A stretch of DNA of 64,000 nt. Source: Podarcis bocagei. Its lineage: Eukaryota. Under the pieces are notes generated by a model. The model searched no databases. It had not been told where the DNA came from and saw only the letters and a list, made by a program, of their open reading frames with translations. Of the stretch, positions 25,253-38,625 are shown piece after piece. Both the position numbers and the translations under genes were made by a program. Position 1 is the stretch's first letter. Each line of letters opens with the position of its first letter. The stretch lies in assembly GCA_964188305.1 (NCBI GenBank), contig OZ076890.1; one strand, written 5' to 3'.

Positions 25253-26981
25253 ATTGTGCCTAATACAGTTCATTAACCACCCTTCAGGCTGACTAATTGT
25301 GCCAGATGGTATAATTTTTATATGTATGTGGTTTCCCATTAATTACCTCATTCTAATACCAGCCTGGAAAAAAATAATGAAGAAGGTGCATTTTTCTCAT
25401 TTAAAGGTGGCTAAAATGACAAGGTTGAATGAAAGTTAAGGTGCTTGTTTGGAACTAAGAGTCTTGTCAGGACTCTCATAGGGAGGATAATTTCATTTGG
25501 TCTGCATTTCTAAGCAGCACTTCCTAGACTGATATAGGATAAGAATATAATTATTCTTCAGATTTTGCACTTCTCCAGACTTTACACTGTAGTCCTCAGC
25601 TCAAAGGACATCTCAAAATGCATTAGAATGTGTATTTTGTGATTAACCGTGCTGAGTTAAAATGCATATTTAAATACATATTTTGGGGGAAGGTGGGGAT
25701 GGGGGAAATTATGCAACCTATTTAATTATGAATATTTTACATCTTTAAGAAATGGCAACCTAATACAGAAACAGCATGGGCTTATGACTTAACACATGCA
25801 CAGTTGACACAGACCAGAAATAGACTGATCTATCCACCCCAATATTGTTGACACATGGTGGAATTCAATGTAGCACCAAGGAGATAGTTCCATCATCTCA
25901 AGCATTTCTGCTTGCCCAGTGGAATGATCTGCCCTCTCCTATCCTTTACACTGTTCTGGGGGTTCTACCCACTCTCCAAGGTCAAGGAGAGCAGATAAGG
26001 TAGCAGCACAGAAAGCACAGTGGTTGTGAGATCAGTTTGCAAGATGAGGAAGTGACGTGGGTGACAAGGGGGGAAGTGGGTGGAATCCTCAATTGGGAGC
26101 ACCTTCATTCCTAGGGCTGGTTTCCTTGTTCTCTCGCTGTGATCATTAAAATCTCTAACTGGTAAGAGACTCCTTTCACTTTGTTCTGTTTATCTCCTGA
26201 CAAACTTCAGCTGAGTCCCTGAAGCCTGACACCACATTATGATCCTAAGCACATTAGCCTTGGTCTATTTAATAATACTTATTTAGGTTTAGTGGGAGAG
26301 TCATAATTAAATGACTAGCACATAGCAATGGTAGTGTTCCCCCTCCCAAAAAGGGTATTTCCACTTCCCCCATCTCAAAGATCTTGAGAAAAATCAATTT
26401 CTAGACTGATTTGGATCCATATTACCCAAAGTTCAGTTTTTCTCACATTATTTCATTCTTAAAAATAAAAAAATTCCTAAAGCGCAGAGCAAGTTACACT
26501 GTTTTAATTATTCTTAAAGAAAAAGAAATTGACCTCATCCACACACTCTTAATCCAAAGCATCTCTAAGGGAGGTGAGCGGAGTCATAAAATGAGAGCAT
26601 ACAAATTATTTTAACGGCTTGCCATCATTCTGTAATGCTCACTCAGAGGGGATCCTTCAGTTGTGGAAATAACAGAACCAAAGACACTGAAGTAATTTAA
26701 GAGCAGAATAGTTAGCATCATAAAGATGAGGAGGCCCGGTTTAAGCATTTTATGAACTCTCACTACCTCTCACTATGATCAGGAGCAGTGAGAGGGCAAG
26801 AAGGCAGAGTGGATGAATCAGGCAGGGTGAAAAAGGCAAAGAACTGACAGGGGAGCAGATACCAAAGGCAGGCAGCGAAGGCAAAAGGGGACTGACTGTG
26901 AAATCGTAGCCTCCAGATATGCTGGCTAGGAGAGATTAGGATGTGCTTCATCTCCCGACCCTGTGGCTGAGCTAGCCCTAA

Positions 26982-27328
26982 AGGTAAAGGGACCCTGACC
27001 ATTAGGTCCAGTCGTGGCCGACTCTGGGGTTGCAGTGCTCATCTTGCTCTGTAGGCCGAAGGAGCCGGCATACAACTTCTGGGTCATGTGGCCAGCATGA
27101 CTAAGCCGCTTCTGGTGAACCAGTGCAGTGCATGGAAACACCGTTTACCTTCCTGGCAGAGCGGTACCTATTTATCTACTTGCACTTTGATGTGCTTTCG
27201 AATTGCTAGGTTGGCAGGAGCTGGGAACGAGCAACAGGAGCTCACCCCGTCTTAGGGATTTGAACCACTGACCTTCTGACTGGCAAGCCCTAGGCTCAGT
27301 GGTTTAGACCACAGCGCCACCCACGTCA
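26982..27328 (-). mobile_element. Full-length Sauria SINE
   Basis: tRNA-like head, (ACCTTT) tail, 18-bp TSD TGGCTGAGCTAGCCCTAA. Confidence 0.95.
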
Positions 27329-27801
27329 TGGCTGAGCTAGCCCTAAGCAGGTGCAAATGACTTACCTGCCGTTAGAGGCAGTAACACTTCTGAATACAGG
27401 TGTTGGATGCTGGAGGAGGGAGTGCTCTTGGGCTGAGTCCTGCTTGCGGGTTTCCCACAGGCGTCTGGGTGGCCATTTTGAAAACAGGATATATGTGGGT
27501 TATTGACCTCCTCCAGCATGGCTCTGTTATCTACTTACACTGGCTCAGGAAAAGGGCTGCTTCCAGAAGTTAAATTGGTTGAAGTTATGCTGGGGCAAAG
27601 GGAGGGGGGGTAATGGTGTGGAGTTCTGCAACCAAACGCCATTCACTTTTCCCGCTTAATGAGCCTGGTGTAAATTATTATTACAATTATTGTTATCATT
27701 CTGTATTTATTTATACCCTACCTTTTTCCCTGACAGAACTCAAGGCAACTTACCGATAGAAACAAGAATTACTGAAAACATAAATCGCACTAGGCAAAAT
27801 G

Positions 27802-28174
27802 CATACCCTCCAACATTTCTCCAATGAAAATAGGGACATCCTATTCAATAATTTGATTATTTATACCCCATCCATCTGACTGGGTTGCCCCAGCCAGTCT
27901 GGGTGGCTTCCAACATATATAAAGGCAGAATAAAACATTAAACTTTTTTTTAAACTTTCCTATATAAGGCTGTCTTCCGATGTCTTCTAATAGTTGTATA
28001 GTTACTGATCTCCTTGGCTCGGGGGTCACAGAACTCCATACCCTCCAATATTTCTCCAGGGAAAATAGGGATGGCCTAAGGAAAAGAGGGACATTCTAGG
28101 ATCAAATCAGAAACCGGGACGGCTTCTGTAAATCCAAGACTGTCCCTGGAAAAAAGGGACACTTGGAAAGTCTG
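27802..28174. mobile_element. Composite TIR element containing an L2 3' fragment and a duplicated left end
   Basis: CATACCCTCCAA at 27802 and again at 28037; right end TTGGAAAGTCTG; AAAATG on both flanks. Confidence 0.7.
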
Positions 28175-29010
28175 AAAATGCAGGTGTAGCTAAATTCACG
28201 CAGCAGGAAGGGCACCCATATTCTTGGTGTGGGCGTGAGAGACCTACGACTCAGCTGGACTGGTTAAAAAGAAAAGTGATTTACAGTATATGCGTTGCAT
28301 ATGCAATGTAAAATTGTGTCACCGGGTGGCGATGTGGAGTCCTGTTTTTCTCTACCTGTTTTCCCTGGTTAAATTTACAAATGCTTTAAACTGAAACACT
28401 TCTTTGATGTATCTAGATCCAGCCCTTGTTTTAATCTTGTAGAGCCCTGACCCACACCAGTTGCTTTGAGCAAGTCATTATATCTATAGAAACAACAGTA
28501 ACATAGTTGCTGAAAAGAAAACAGTTTTCTCAAAGGTAATAATTGTTGATTGAAATATACAATAGTTAGTAATTAACTGAACATATTAAGACTTCTGTTC
28601 TGGATAGGGTCCAGAACTTCATGTTCTGTGTTAGGAAAGGCTTTTTAAAAAAAATCTTTTGCATCACAAGACACAGACGCTTTTTAGCAATGCCACGCCA
28701 CATAACCTGTATTTTGTGCAATTGGGGGCCCACCATTTTCAAGGATCATTCTGTAGTGAAACCACTTGATTGGAACAATACTCTATAACTATTTTTGACA
28801 GATGTGAGAGATCTTGAGAGCATGCATTAAATCGTATTTTTTCCTTTCAGTGCTTTGAAATTTTTTCACATGAACTTGGTAATTGAACAAAGGATTGTAT
28901 ATGTCTCTATCCTTAAATACTGTGTAACAGGAGGTGTTAAGAAGGACCCACAGATACAACTGCGATAAAGCAGTATACATAGAATGTTTTAATTTCAATT
29001 AGTGATTTTG

Positions 29011-29015
<5 letters not shown>

Positions 29016-29042
<27 letters not shown>
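29016..29042. repeat. (TG)n microsatellite
   Basis: Direct reading. Confidence 0.95.
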
Positions 29043-30515
29043 TTCAAGTACTTGAGTCACAGTAAAATGAGATCAGAAGTTTGCACTGTAAACATATCAA
29101 AATGAATTGGATTAGCAAAACCTTTCTTTGCATTATGCAGCCTTTCTTGTTAATTTGAATAGCAATTAACCATTCTATTCAGCATACTTTTTCCCCAATA
29201 ACAAAAGACATCTAAGGGCCTTGACGTCCCCTCTTGAAACAGTACAATATATTTTGGAACAGGCAAGTCTGGGTAACTAATTGTATTTTAAAAATGTCAT
29301 TTGGAGTTGTATGCTTTGGAAGTTGATGTGCCTGTTGCTAGGTTTGCCTCTCAGTGCTATGGCAACTGTAGTGCAGCAAGGCTCTGTGGGAGATGGTCAT
29401 GTGATTTACTGCAGAAGACATGACGTCCTTGGGGTTAGCAGGCCAAGGTTGTCAGTTTTACACCAAACAGCCTGACTACCACATTCAAAGGCTGTTTTAA
29501 AAGTTCACTTCTTCAAACCCACCTGTCTGTTTATTCCTCTGTATCTCTGGGGAACTTGAATTGGTAGCTGCGTATCTTAATAGTGCCGAAAAATAAAGGC
29601 TCAGCGAATGTTCTCAAAGACTGGGAAGAATGTAGAGTGGATTAAAAGCAGAAAGAAATTTCTTGTTTCAGTGGATTTGCATTGGAGACAAAAGTTTGGC
29701 TTGTTGTAGAGTATAATGATAAATATTTCCAAGAGCATTTTGATAGGATCAGGAAAGCAAGGTGCACATTTCACCCCGTTATTTTAGAAAAATCTGTTTG
29801 GCATTACTGCATTTATTTTTAAAAGAAAAGTCAATTCTGACACTCTTGCCTCATAAAATCAGTGTCTGAATGCCAATGGGAAGTGCTCTCTGTAAACAAC
29901 ATGTGCAACTATATAATTTGCTGATGGTTCACCCAAGAAGGATGGAATGTTCACAGTTTAATTATACCCTGCTAGCTGAAGACTATTTTAATGAACAGAC
30001 TAAAATAGATGGCTATTTGTAGTTTAACTCTATGTTGCTATGGGTTCTTTCAAAAATTTGTGAACTCCTACCAAAATGTGCTTTCCTCTATCTGCTTAGT
30101 GAAAGAATTTGGGAGCATTCCTATATACAGTGATCCCTGCCATAGGAATACAAAGGGTGAATTCAATGGGTTATGTCTGATTTTGTTTTTTTCTTTTCAA
30201 ATAATTTTTTATTACAGATTTCCTAGTTTACAAGAGTATGTGCATTACAAGAGTACGTGCACCTCTTTTTTCAGGTTGTGTTTTCTGCAGATCAGTTTCA
30301 TTTATTGTGAGACGTTAGTGTTGCATGCAGTGTAAGACTGGGAAGAAAAGAGGGGAAAAGAGGGGTTGGGGTGGGGTTAGAAAGCTATTCTTCTGCTTAG
30401 TGTGTGTGTGGGGGGGGTTTGTGTCAGCGTTACTCTTTCTATTTGCTTGTTATATTTCCTTGGTGGCGAGAGAGGTTGGTGTGGCCTTTTTCTTTCTATA
30501 TTTGGAATTCAGCAT

Positions 30516-31387
30516 TGCGTGGACAGGCGGAGTCCCCCAACCCTGGGCGGCCCCCCCATGTGAAATAACGACTCAAGACAACGTGCTATGGGATTAAATT
30601 GGCCACAACTTTACTTTCAGATGTGGGTAGACCTTGGCTCAGGCATTGGGCATTATCCCTCCCCAGTCCCCAGCCGGGGACCTAGGGAACATCAGGGTTA
30701 TCCAGTGTGTGTGTGAGGGGGGGGGTCGGCTCTGGGGAACATATGTTGAAGCAGAGATAGCCGCCCCCATTACGTTGCTGCCGCAGGGGAGAACAATGAC
30801 GGTCTCTCGGCGTACGGTCAAAGCCTCCCCTCAGAAACCCCTTTAACGGGGAACCCTGGTATCACCGCTGCAAAGAGGAAGGGGGTGTGGGTCACCGCTT
30901 GATGCCTCCCCCATTCAGGAAGATAGACTAAAGGATTCCACCCAAGGCCTGATACCGCCAAAGTTGTGACGTTTTGCTACGGGAAAGGCAAAACCTGCCA
31001 ATGCAGTGGAATTCCTTTCCGGCCCTTCAACAGCGACCTTGACATAGCAGCGCCCGCATACCTGTGAAGAAAAGGTTAGCCTGCAAAATAAGACTTAACT
31101 GAGGGTAGGTAGGGTGGGAGAAGCTCTGGAGCCAACTGAGGATACCCAGGTAAGATCCTCCCTCTATTGTGTGGGCAGGTAGTCCCTCCCCTACCTGGCC
31201 TGGTCTCCTTGGCAACGCTTCCCCCAGGCGGTATTGGACAACTGACTGAGGTAGGTGGAGACCTCCAAGTATCCCACCTGGGGGAATGTGAAGCCAAGCC
31301 TGTGCTGATGGAGCCACACCGGGTCCAGGGACTGTGTGCGCCCATGCAAATGTGGGGAGCGGTCATTAGGGAAAGGCAAAGCTGCCA
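30516..31387 (-). mobile_element. GC-rich LTR-like insertion within an L1-like 3' remnant (about 30190-31500)
   Basis: Sharp composition shift, TG...CA limits, antisense AGTAAA near 30610; no clean TSD found. Confidence 0.45.
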
Positions 31388-33522
31388 AGGTTGATTTCTC
31401 TCTGTTTCTTATTTTTCTTGTCCTAAGTTTACTTGTCCACATTTCCACATCAGTTTGCAAAGGGGGGGGGGTATGGAAGTGTTGGGTCCTCCAGTGTATA
31501 TAATTAAGATGAATACTGAACGATCTGAAGAGAGATCTGCTTGACCTGAAAAAATTACAGTTCTTTGGCTAAGGAAGTCACCTTATCTAGTTTGCCTATT
31601 TGTGAGGTAAACATGTGCAGCAGGTGTAAATTTAACTGTGAAGGACACTTTTAATCTATATTTGGATTGCCTAAATGAGTTTTTAGAATGCCTCAAAAGT
31701 AAACTAATCTACATGTAATTAACTTGCTTTTAGGGTTATGAATTAGTTAACCCTTATAATGGAAATTCAAAACACGCACCCTCCTTGAATCAAGGTATGC
31801 CTTAAAAAAAATTCTGTTCTTCTCTGTTCTTTCACTGTTCTCCAGCCTAATATCAATATATAGTCTCCTGTTTGCCCATTTCATACATCAAACGAAGTGT
31901 GATGTTGCCTAGGAAATGTCACATCAAAATAAAGCAATTATTTCTTAAAACTCCAGCACACTTTCTATCATCTTGCATGTACATTGAGGGATGGAACATG
32001 TAGAAGAAGGTGGTCCCTAGAGTACCAGGTCTCAAGCCATTTAGGGCTTAAAATATCAAATACAGCATTGTCAATTGAGTCTAGGGATGAACAGGAAACT
32101 AGTGCAATTGAAAATGATGGGAGCAATGTGTCCTAAATGTTAAAGTGTGTGCAAGCTTTTCAAGCTGTCTTCCCCAAACTGACAAATCATTCTGAAAAAC
32201 TAAAAAGCTTGCACACTCTTTTGTAACATTTTGGTTGGCCTAATAAAGGTATATGCCCCAATGTGTTTCCCCCCCTTCATGGGCCAGCTGTGCTATTTAT
32301 TTATTGCTGCAATTCATAGGATGCAGTCTATTAATTCATAGGATGCAGTCTATTAATTGAAGATTTCTGTCTATTAGTGTAAATGCTCGGAACTTATTGG
32401 GAGCAGTGCAATTTCATAAAAACAGACAGTTACAGTATTGGAACAGTGCAGGGAAAGGCTGCCTTCTTATAGCACACCCTGAACAGTTTGCATTCTTCTA
32501 CCTCAGCAACTCTTTGTCACCACTGGGGGTGCTGTAGGTCCACGTCTCAAAAGGACAGGGAATGTGATCATCTAATGCAGAAAACATAAGCTTCTCCACT
32601 GCACAGAATTTTTCTTCAAAATTTTATGCTTTCAAAGCAAAATATGAAGTGGGATGTTCTCATCTGAGTCAAGAGCAGCGGCCAAGCCAGCTGATTTAGA
32701 TTGACACCTCTGACAGGCGTCAGTCATGGCATTAGTTATGAGAGTATACTGAGTTTCCGAAAACGCATTCAGAACTTATGCAGTTGTACATAATGCTGCT
32801 TCAGGGATTTTACAGAGAAGCAACTAATAAGCTGAAACAGTAGCTGGACTAAATGCATTTGCATTTTTGTATCTTGAAATGTTTCTCAATCAAAACATTC
32901 ACATTTCCCCCCAGATCTGCATTTAACTTTGTAACAAAACATCCTTAAATGCTTTTTGGCACTCTGGCTCTTGACTATGTTTGAATGGTCTAGAATATGA
33001 GCAGAACTATTAAAGGGGTGCAACAATCAGCTGTCAGCTACTGGGAAGAGGAATTTGTTAGGATAAGGTGTGGCAATAGCTTCAGATGCATTTTGCTGAT
33101 AATGCACTGCTTCAGCCATCCCAGATTAGGTTGAGTCAGGCAAGAAGCTGGACTCCGTTTTCTTTGCATGGATTTCTTCCATGTAATGACGCCTGCATGT
33201 GAGGCTTGGATTGCTTGCTTTTGTTTTCCCTATTTGTGTCACAGTTGAATTAAAAACTAGGCCAAGTGATCACAGGCCCTGTTTATTTTAAATTAACTTG
33301 TCACTGCACAAATTAGGATGATAGCAAGGAAAGGAGCATTTATGACCCTTTTAAACTTTTATTTGCAATCCTTCTCTTACTCAAGGAGAGTGAAATGTGA
33401 CCATTCACATGGAGCTCTTTCCTTTCCAGCTGTTTGAATGTCTCATTCTCATTTCCTCTGACCCTGCACTTGAAAAACAGAATGTGTGAATAGAAATGAA
33501 ATAATTATTTAAGCTTTCCTAT

Positions 33523-33710
33523 GGTAAATGGTGTTTCCATGCGCTGCTTTGGTTTCGCCAGAAGCAGCTTAGTCATGCTGGCCACATAACCTGGAAAAAC
33601 TGTCTGTGGACATACGTTGCTCCCTCGGCCAGTAAAGTGTGATGAGCACCGCAACCCTAGAGTTGTTCGTGACTGGACTTAACTGTCAGGGGTCCTTTAC
33701 CTTTACCTTT
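33523..33710 (+). mobile_element. 5'-truncated Sauria SINE
   Basis: 3' half with CCTTTACCTTTACCTTT tail; TATGGTAA repeated at both junctions. Confidence 0.85.
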
Positions 33711-34381
33711 ATGGTAACCTTATGCCAGCATTTATCTTTGGACAACTGTGGCCAGCTTCTGCCCTTCTGTGTTTTGAGCACCCATGGCAATAGACTGCAA
33801 GTCTCTATTTGTAAAATGCTCTGCCCCTTGGTCCACAGTTGTCAAGGTGTGTGTGGTTCTGGGTAAAAGTACTGGTCCTTTATTTTATTTTACTGCTTAC
33901 ATGTCCATCCATGAATTTCAAAATTATTTTCCCTAGTCAAGAATTCGTTAAATATTTCTTCATGTTTCTGTCAGTAAGTCAACAAAATAATATTAAACGC
34001 TTGGCATTTAATAATAACCTTCTTTAGTTCTTATTTAAGAACTCCAGGCTCTGGTAACCTCCTGCTTAGATTAAATTACTGTGATGCGTTGTCTGTGGAC
34101 TGTCTTTGAAAATGGTTTGGAAACTTCAGCTTGTCCAAACTTGATCTGCAAGATTAATTATTTGAACCCAAGATTGATAGCTATGCTCTATCATCTTCAC
34201 CAGGTCCTAGGCCAGTTTCAGGGCCAAATCAAAGGGCTGGGTTTTTTTGAGACTGAAAGCCCTTAATAGCTTGAGAACAGATTACCTGAGTGGTTCCTTC
34301 CGTCCCCATGTGCCCACCTGGATGTGGAGCTCATCTATGAAAGCCCTTTTCTGGTCAAGTGAGGTTTAATGGGGTGGCTAC

Positions 34382-34881
34382 TGTCAGTTTGCATTTCTTA
34401 GTACAGAAAGTATTGATCTGATGTGTAGAGATCTTTCCTATTCTACTTAATTCAAGAGGGTTCTGGAAGCTTCTCTGTGTGAAAGAAACAAGCAGACGGT
34501 TCATGATGTTTGGGTTATTCCTTCTGAGAAGCTGGTTACAGCTGGCTTAAACTGTTTCTGTTATCTCTTTCAGTCAAGATCATGCTGACTATAAAAGTAA
34601 GGCCAGAAGGAGCCTTTCTCTTTCTATCTCTCTTCCTTCTGGTGTGGTGTTAAGGTTTAGTCTTGTTATAAGTTAGTGTGAGTTTAAGTTAAGTCTGCTG
34701 CAACTGGATATCTTATGGACAGTGCCAATCCTGGATTTGTGACCATTATGCTCATTTGCCTTCAATAGCAGTAAAGCTCTGCTGGATGAAATACAATTGC
34801 CTGCAACGTGTTTAAGTTTTTGCTCTGCTAACTATACACTGGAATCTACTCTGGATCAATACTGAGTAGTATTCCACGACA
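34382..34881 (+). mobile_element. Solo LTR (500 bp) inserted in an old L2 fragment
   Basis: TGTC...GACA termini, perfect 5-bp TSD GCTAC, TATAAAA near 34589, AGTAAA near 34770. Confidence 0.85.
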
Positions 34882-36171
34882 GCTACTGTGGGATAACAAC
34901 AGCAACAACTGAAAACCTTACCACAATAGGAAGTTCCCATTGTGACAATTCTATCTGAGGACATTTTGAGTGACAGGTTCTGATGGTTTGATTATTATAC
35001 TTCAGAACTTCTGGTTAATTACATTGGTCTTCACACAAGAACCACAATGACCTTGATAGTTGCTTTCTAAAGGAAATAACATTTGCTCTGTTCTCTGACA
35101 TTAAAGGCATTGTGCACTGAATGATGTTTTTTGCTATGAAGTTATTGTGTTCATTATTCAGCGGCACAGACTGAATATTTCACTGATTCCTGATCACAGT
35201 CACTTAAGGCTCAGGCATAATTTTCGAAAGGTAACAGGAAATTATGGTATGAATTACTGAGGCTTCATGAGGTTCCACAGGAGGCTGCACAGCAGAACAT
35301 GAGTCTAGCGTTAGCAAAAGTATACAGTGAGCAGCTCTATGGACCTGGCTCAGCAGAGTGCAAGCAATCTAGGCATTCTTTAAAGAAGGCCAGTTTTTGT
35401 TATACATATCCTGGGCAGTGCAATTATGAGAGATACCAGGCATATGATGTGTTCTTCACAGAAATCAAGGCCAGTGATTTAAAAATACTGTAAAATATTT
35501 TGTTCTTGCAACTGCAACTCTTTAGAGCCTTTTAGCACATTATGGGTGATAATGCCAGTCATATTCAGAAAAAAAGACTTAAAATTCATGCACTTAAGTA
35601 ATATAATGGGATTTCAGTTGGTCTATTCTGATTAATGCTGAATCTCACACCATGTTTCTAGGTATACATCTAAAAATGGGAGTGTGAATGGGACAGGAAG
35701 GAATACACACGCATCATAAAAGATGGACTATTTGGTGACCAGAATAGACGGCGTCTCTTGCTGAATGGCAAACCTGGATTTGTTATAGGCAAACCAAGAC
35801 CTCCTGGTGTATACTGTTTTCTTTCTACCTTTCAGTAGAAAAGTGATTAACAATAGTTCTAAACAGGAAAAAAATAATATGTGAAGTAGAGCACGGTTGG
35901 GGGTTCCCTTAGACATGGTTTAGCACAGCCTTTTGAGGACTTGGCGTGATTTCTGCCAGACTGATATTAAAAGATTGCTCCACCTCCAAAAAAGGGGGGG
36001 AAAGAAAAGGAAGGAGTTCAACTCATTATTCATGGCTACTAGCCACAGTGGATTTTTTCTACCAACACTGTTGGAGACAGTATGCGTCTGAATACCAGTT
36101 GCTGGAAATCACAAGTAGGCAAAGAGTTGTCCCGCTTCTTGCCGTTCCATAAACATCTGGTTGGCCATTAT

Positions 36172-36417
36172 GAGAAGAAGAAGGTTTTGCATTTGATATC
36201 CGGCTTTATCACTACCCTAAGGAGTCTCAAAGCGGCTAACCTTCTCCTTTCCCTTCCTCCCCCACAACAAACGCTCTGTGAGGTGAGTGAGGCTGAGAGA
36301 CTTCAGAGAAGTGTGACTAGCCCAAGGTCACCCAGCAGCTGCATGTGGAGGAGCAGAGACGCGAACCTGGTTCACCAGATTACGAGTCTACCGCTCTTAA
36401 CCACTACACCACACTAG
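36172..36417 (-). mobile_element. Squam3-type SINE
   Basis: Similarity to the 17381 copy; (GAA)n antisense tail. Confidence 0.9.
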
Positions 36418-37769
36418 TCCAGAGGATGCTGGACTAGATGGGCCACTAACCTGACCTAGAAGCGTTCTTCATATGTTCTGAGTAGATTGAATCACAAGCA
36501 GTCAAAAAAGCAAGTGTGTGTTCTTTAGCTAAGTTGCTCTCTTGCTTCTTTCTTCTTTTATTTTGCTAGTTTTCCTTCAGTCATGGAATCATATTTAAAT
36601 GTTGGTATACTTGAGTAGAAACCAGCTGTCAGATAGTGACATTTTCAGAACCAGCCTGTCTCTCAGTGCCTCTTCAGTATAATAGTCAGCCCATAGACTG
36701 CAAATTGGATATCATATTACATAGATTTCAAACTCCTAATTCTGGTGATTGAAGGACCCTGAGACTTAATCCTTTTATAATACTATGTTTCCAGTACTGA
36801 TGCTAGTCAGAGTTTGTGATTTAAAAAATTAAAAATACAGGAGCGCCAAGATGTTGATGGATGGAAATGCCCTATTTCTTAACTTCATGGCTTTTTACAT
36901 CTTTTATCTCCAGACAACTCTTTTAAGGGAAATTGGTGATATATGGGAGAGAAATATGGCAATATGCAAGTCTCATGCCTGAGATGAAAAACATATTTTT
37001 AGATCAGCCAATAACAGCTGCAGTAATTGATGCCATTGTTTCAACCCCAGTAACGAGGAAGTATCTAAATCATTTGGAGGTTCACTTCTGATAACGTCAA
37101 AACATTTCAGCCAATTATGCGAGATAAATGGAATAGTGTAGAAGGTCTGCAAAGTTTACTTGCAGCCTGAATGGAAAACTGGTTTCCAGAGTGTTTGATT
37201 TACTTAATTTATTTCATTCTTATCCCACCTATCAAGGACTTGAATTGAGCCAGAGATAACCTAGCTGCAGAAACTAGTTTGTGTATCAGAGGCAAAACCT
37301 AACAATTCAGTTTCTGTTTTAAGATTATTTTGATCCTTTTTTGCTCCTCCTAGAAGTGCCTCTGAGCATCCTAGCACCATGATCCAAAGGTTAAGGGGCT
37401 TAGCTTTTAAGTGGATTTAAACCACAATACCTTTCATTGTAGGTGGCTACCTTATGGGATATGTGTGTGCTGTTAATGATGAGTTTGAGTTAAAAGACGT
37501 TTCTCCACAGCAACCAGTAACTGAGGAGGGGAAGGCGATGAGAGAGAAGGACAATACAATAAGCATATGTTGAGCCATGTGACTGGAGGTCATAGCCAAG
37601 CACACATTGAGATTGATTAGGATCTCTTTCTTATGGATAAAGGGGTAGGTAGAAAACCTTTCCCTTAATCTGCGAAAGAAGTTACATGCATGTGTGGTTT
37701 GTCCCATTTTCAACATTCTGTGTTATTATATATCTTTTTTTCCATCTGCTTTACATGGTACAGTGGCTC

Positions 37770-38625
37770 AGTCCACCACCTGGTATGCAGGCTAAGACCC
37801 TACCTGCCCGCAGACTGTCTCGCAAGAGGGGTACATGCTCTGGTTTTCTCCTGCTTGGACTACTGCAATGCACTCTATGTGGGGCTACCTTTGAAGGTGA
37901 CCCAGAAACTACAACTAATCCAGAATGCAGCAGCTAGACTGGTGACTGGGAGTGGCTGCCGAGACCATATAACACCAGTCTCGAAAGACCTACATTGGCT
38001 CCCAGTACATTTCCGAGCACAATTCAAAGTGTTGGTGCTGACCTTTAAAGCCCTAAACAGCCTCGGCCCAGTATACCTGAAGGAGCGCCTCCACCCCCAT
38101 TGTTCAGCCCGGACACTGAGGTCCAGCGCCGAGGGCCTTCTGGCGGTTCCCTCACTATGAGAAGTGAGGTTACAGGGAACCAGGCAAAGGGCCTTCTTGG
38201 TAGTGGTGCCCACCTTGTGGAACGCCCTCCCATCAAATGTCAAGGAAATAAACAACTACAGTGGTACCTCAGGTTAAGCACTTAATTCGTTCTGGAGGTC
38301 CGTTCTTAACCTGAAACTGTTCTTAACCTGAAGCCCCACTTTAGCTAATGGGGCCTCCTTCTGCCGCCGCGCCACTGGAGCATGATTTCTGTTCTTATCC
38401 TGAAGCAAAGTTCTTAACCTGAAGCACTATTACTGGGTTAGCGGAGTCTGTAACCTGAAGCATATGTAACCCGAGGTACCACTGTATCTGACTTTTAGAA
38501 GACATCTGAAGGCAGCCTGTTTAGGGAAATTTTTAATGACTGATGTTTTAATGTATTTTTAATATTTTGTTGGAAGCCACCCAGAGTGGCTGGGAAACCC
38601 AGCCAGATGGTATAAATAATAAATT
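37770..38625 (+). mobile_element. L2-clade LINE 3' fragment with a nested MITE
   Basis: ORF LDYCNALYVGLP..LQLIQNAAARLV..HITPV..LHWLPV..QFKVLVLTFKAL is typical of the L2 ORF2 C-terminus; AT-rich tail. Confidence 0.9.
38259..38484 (+). mobile_element. Tigger-like MITE, family A, nested in L2
   Basis: TIRs and TA TSD; the homologous L2 segment near 27990-28015 shows the empty site. Confidence 0.92.

Noticed and set aside
26048-26058. ETS-CRE composite GGAAGTGACGT
   Set aside because: A single motif without CpG-island context or other promoter evidence.
31875-32255. Possible additional Penelope hammerhead remnants
   Set aside because: The CTGANGA and GAAA boxes are mutated beyond support.
35662-35837. 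Protein-like frame KWECEWDRKEYTRIIKDGLFGDQNRRRLLLNGKPGFVIGKPRPPG after a TAG acceptor
   Set aside because: An in-frame TAA at 35671 follows the only plausible acceptor, there is no good donor, and the alternative frame stops after 18 codons.
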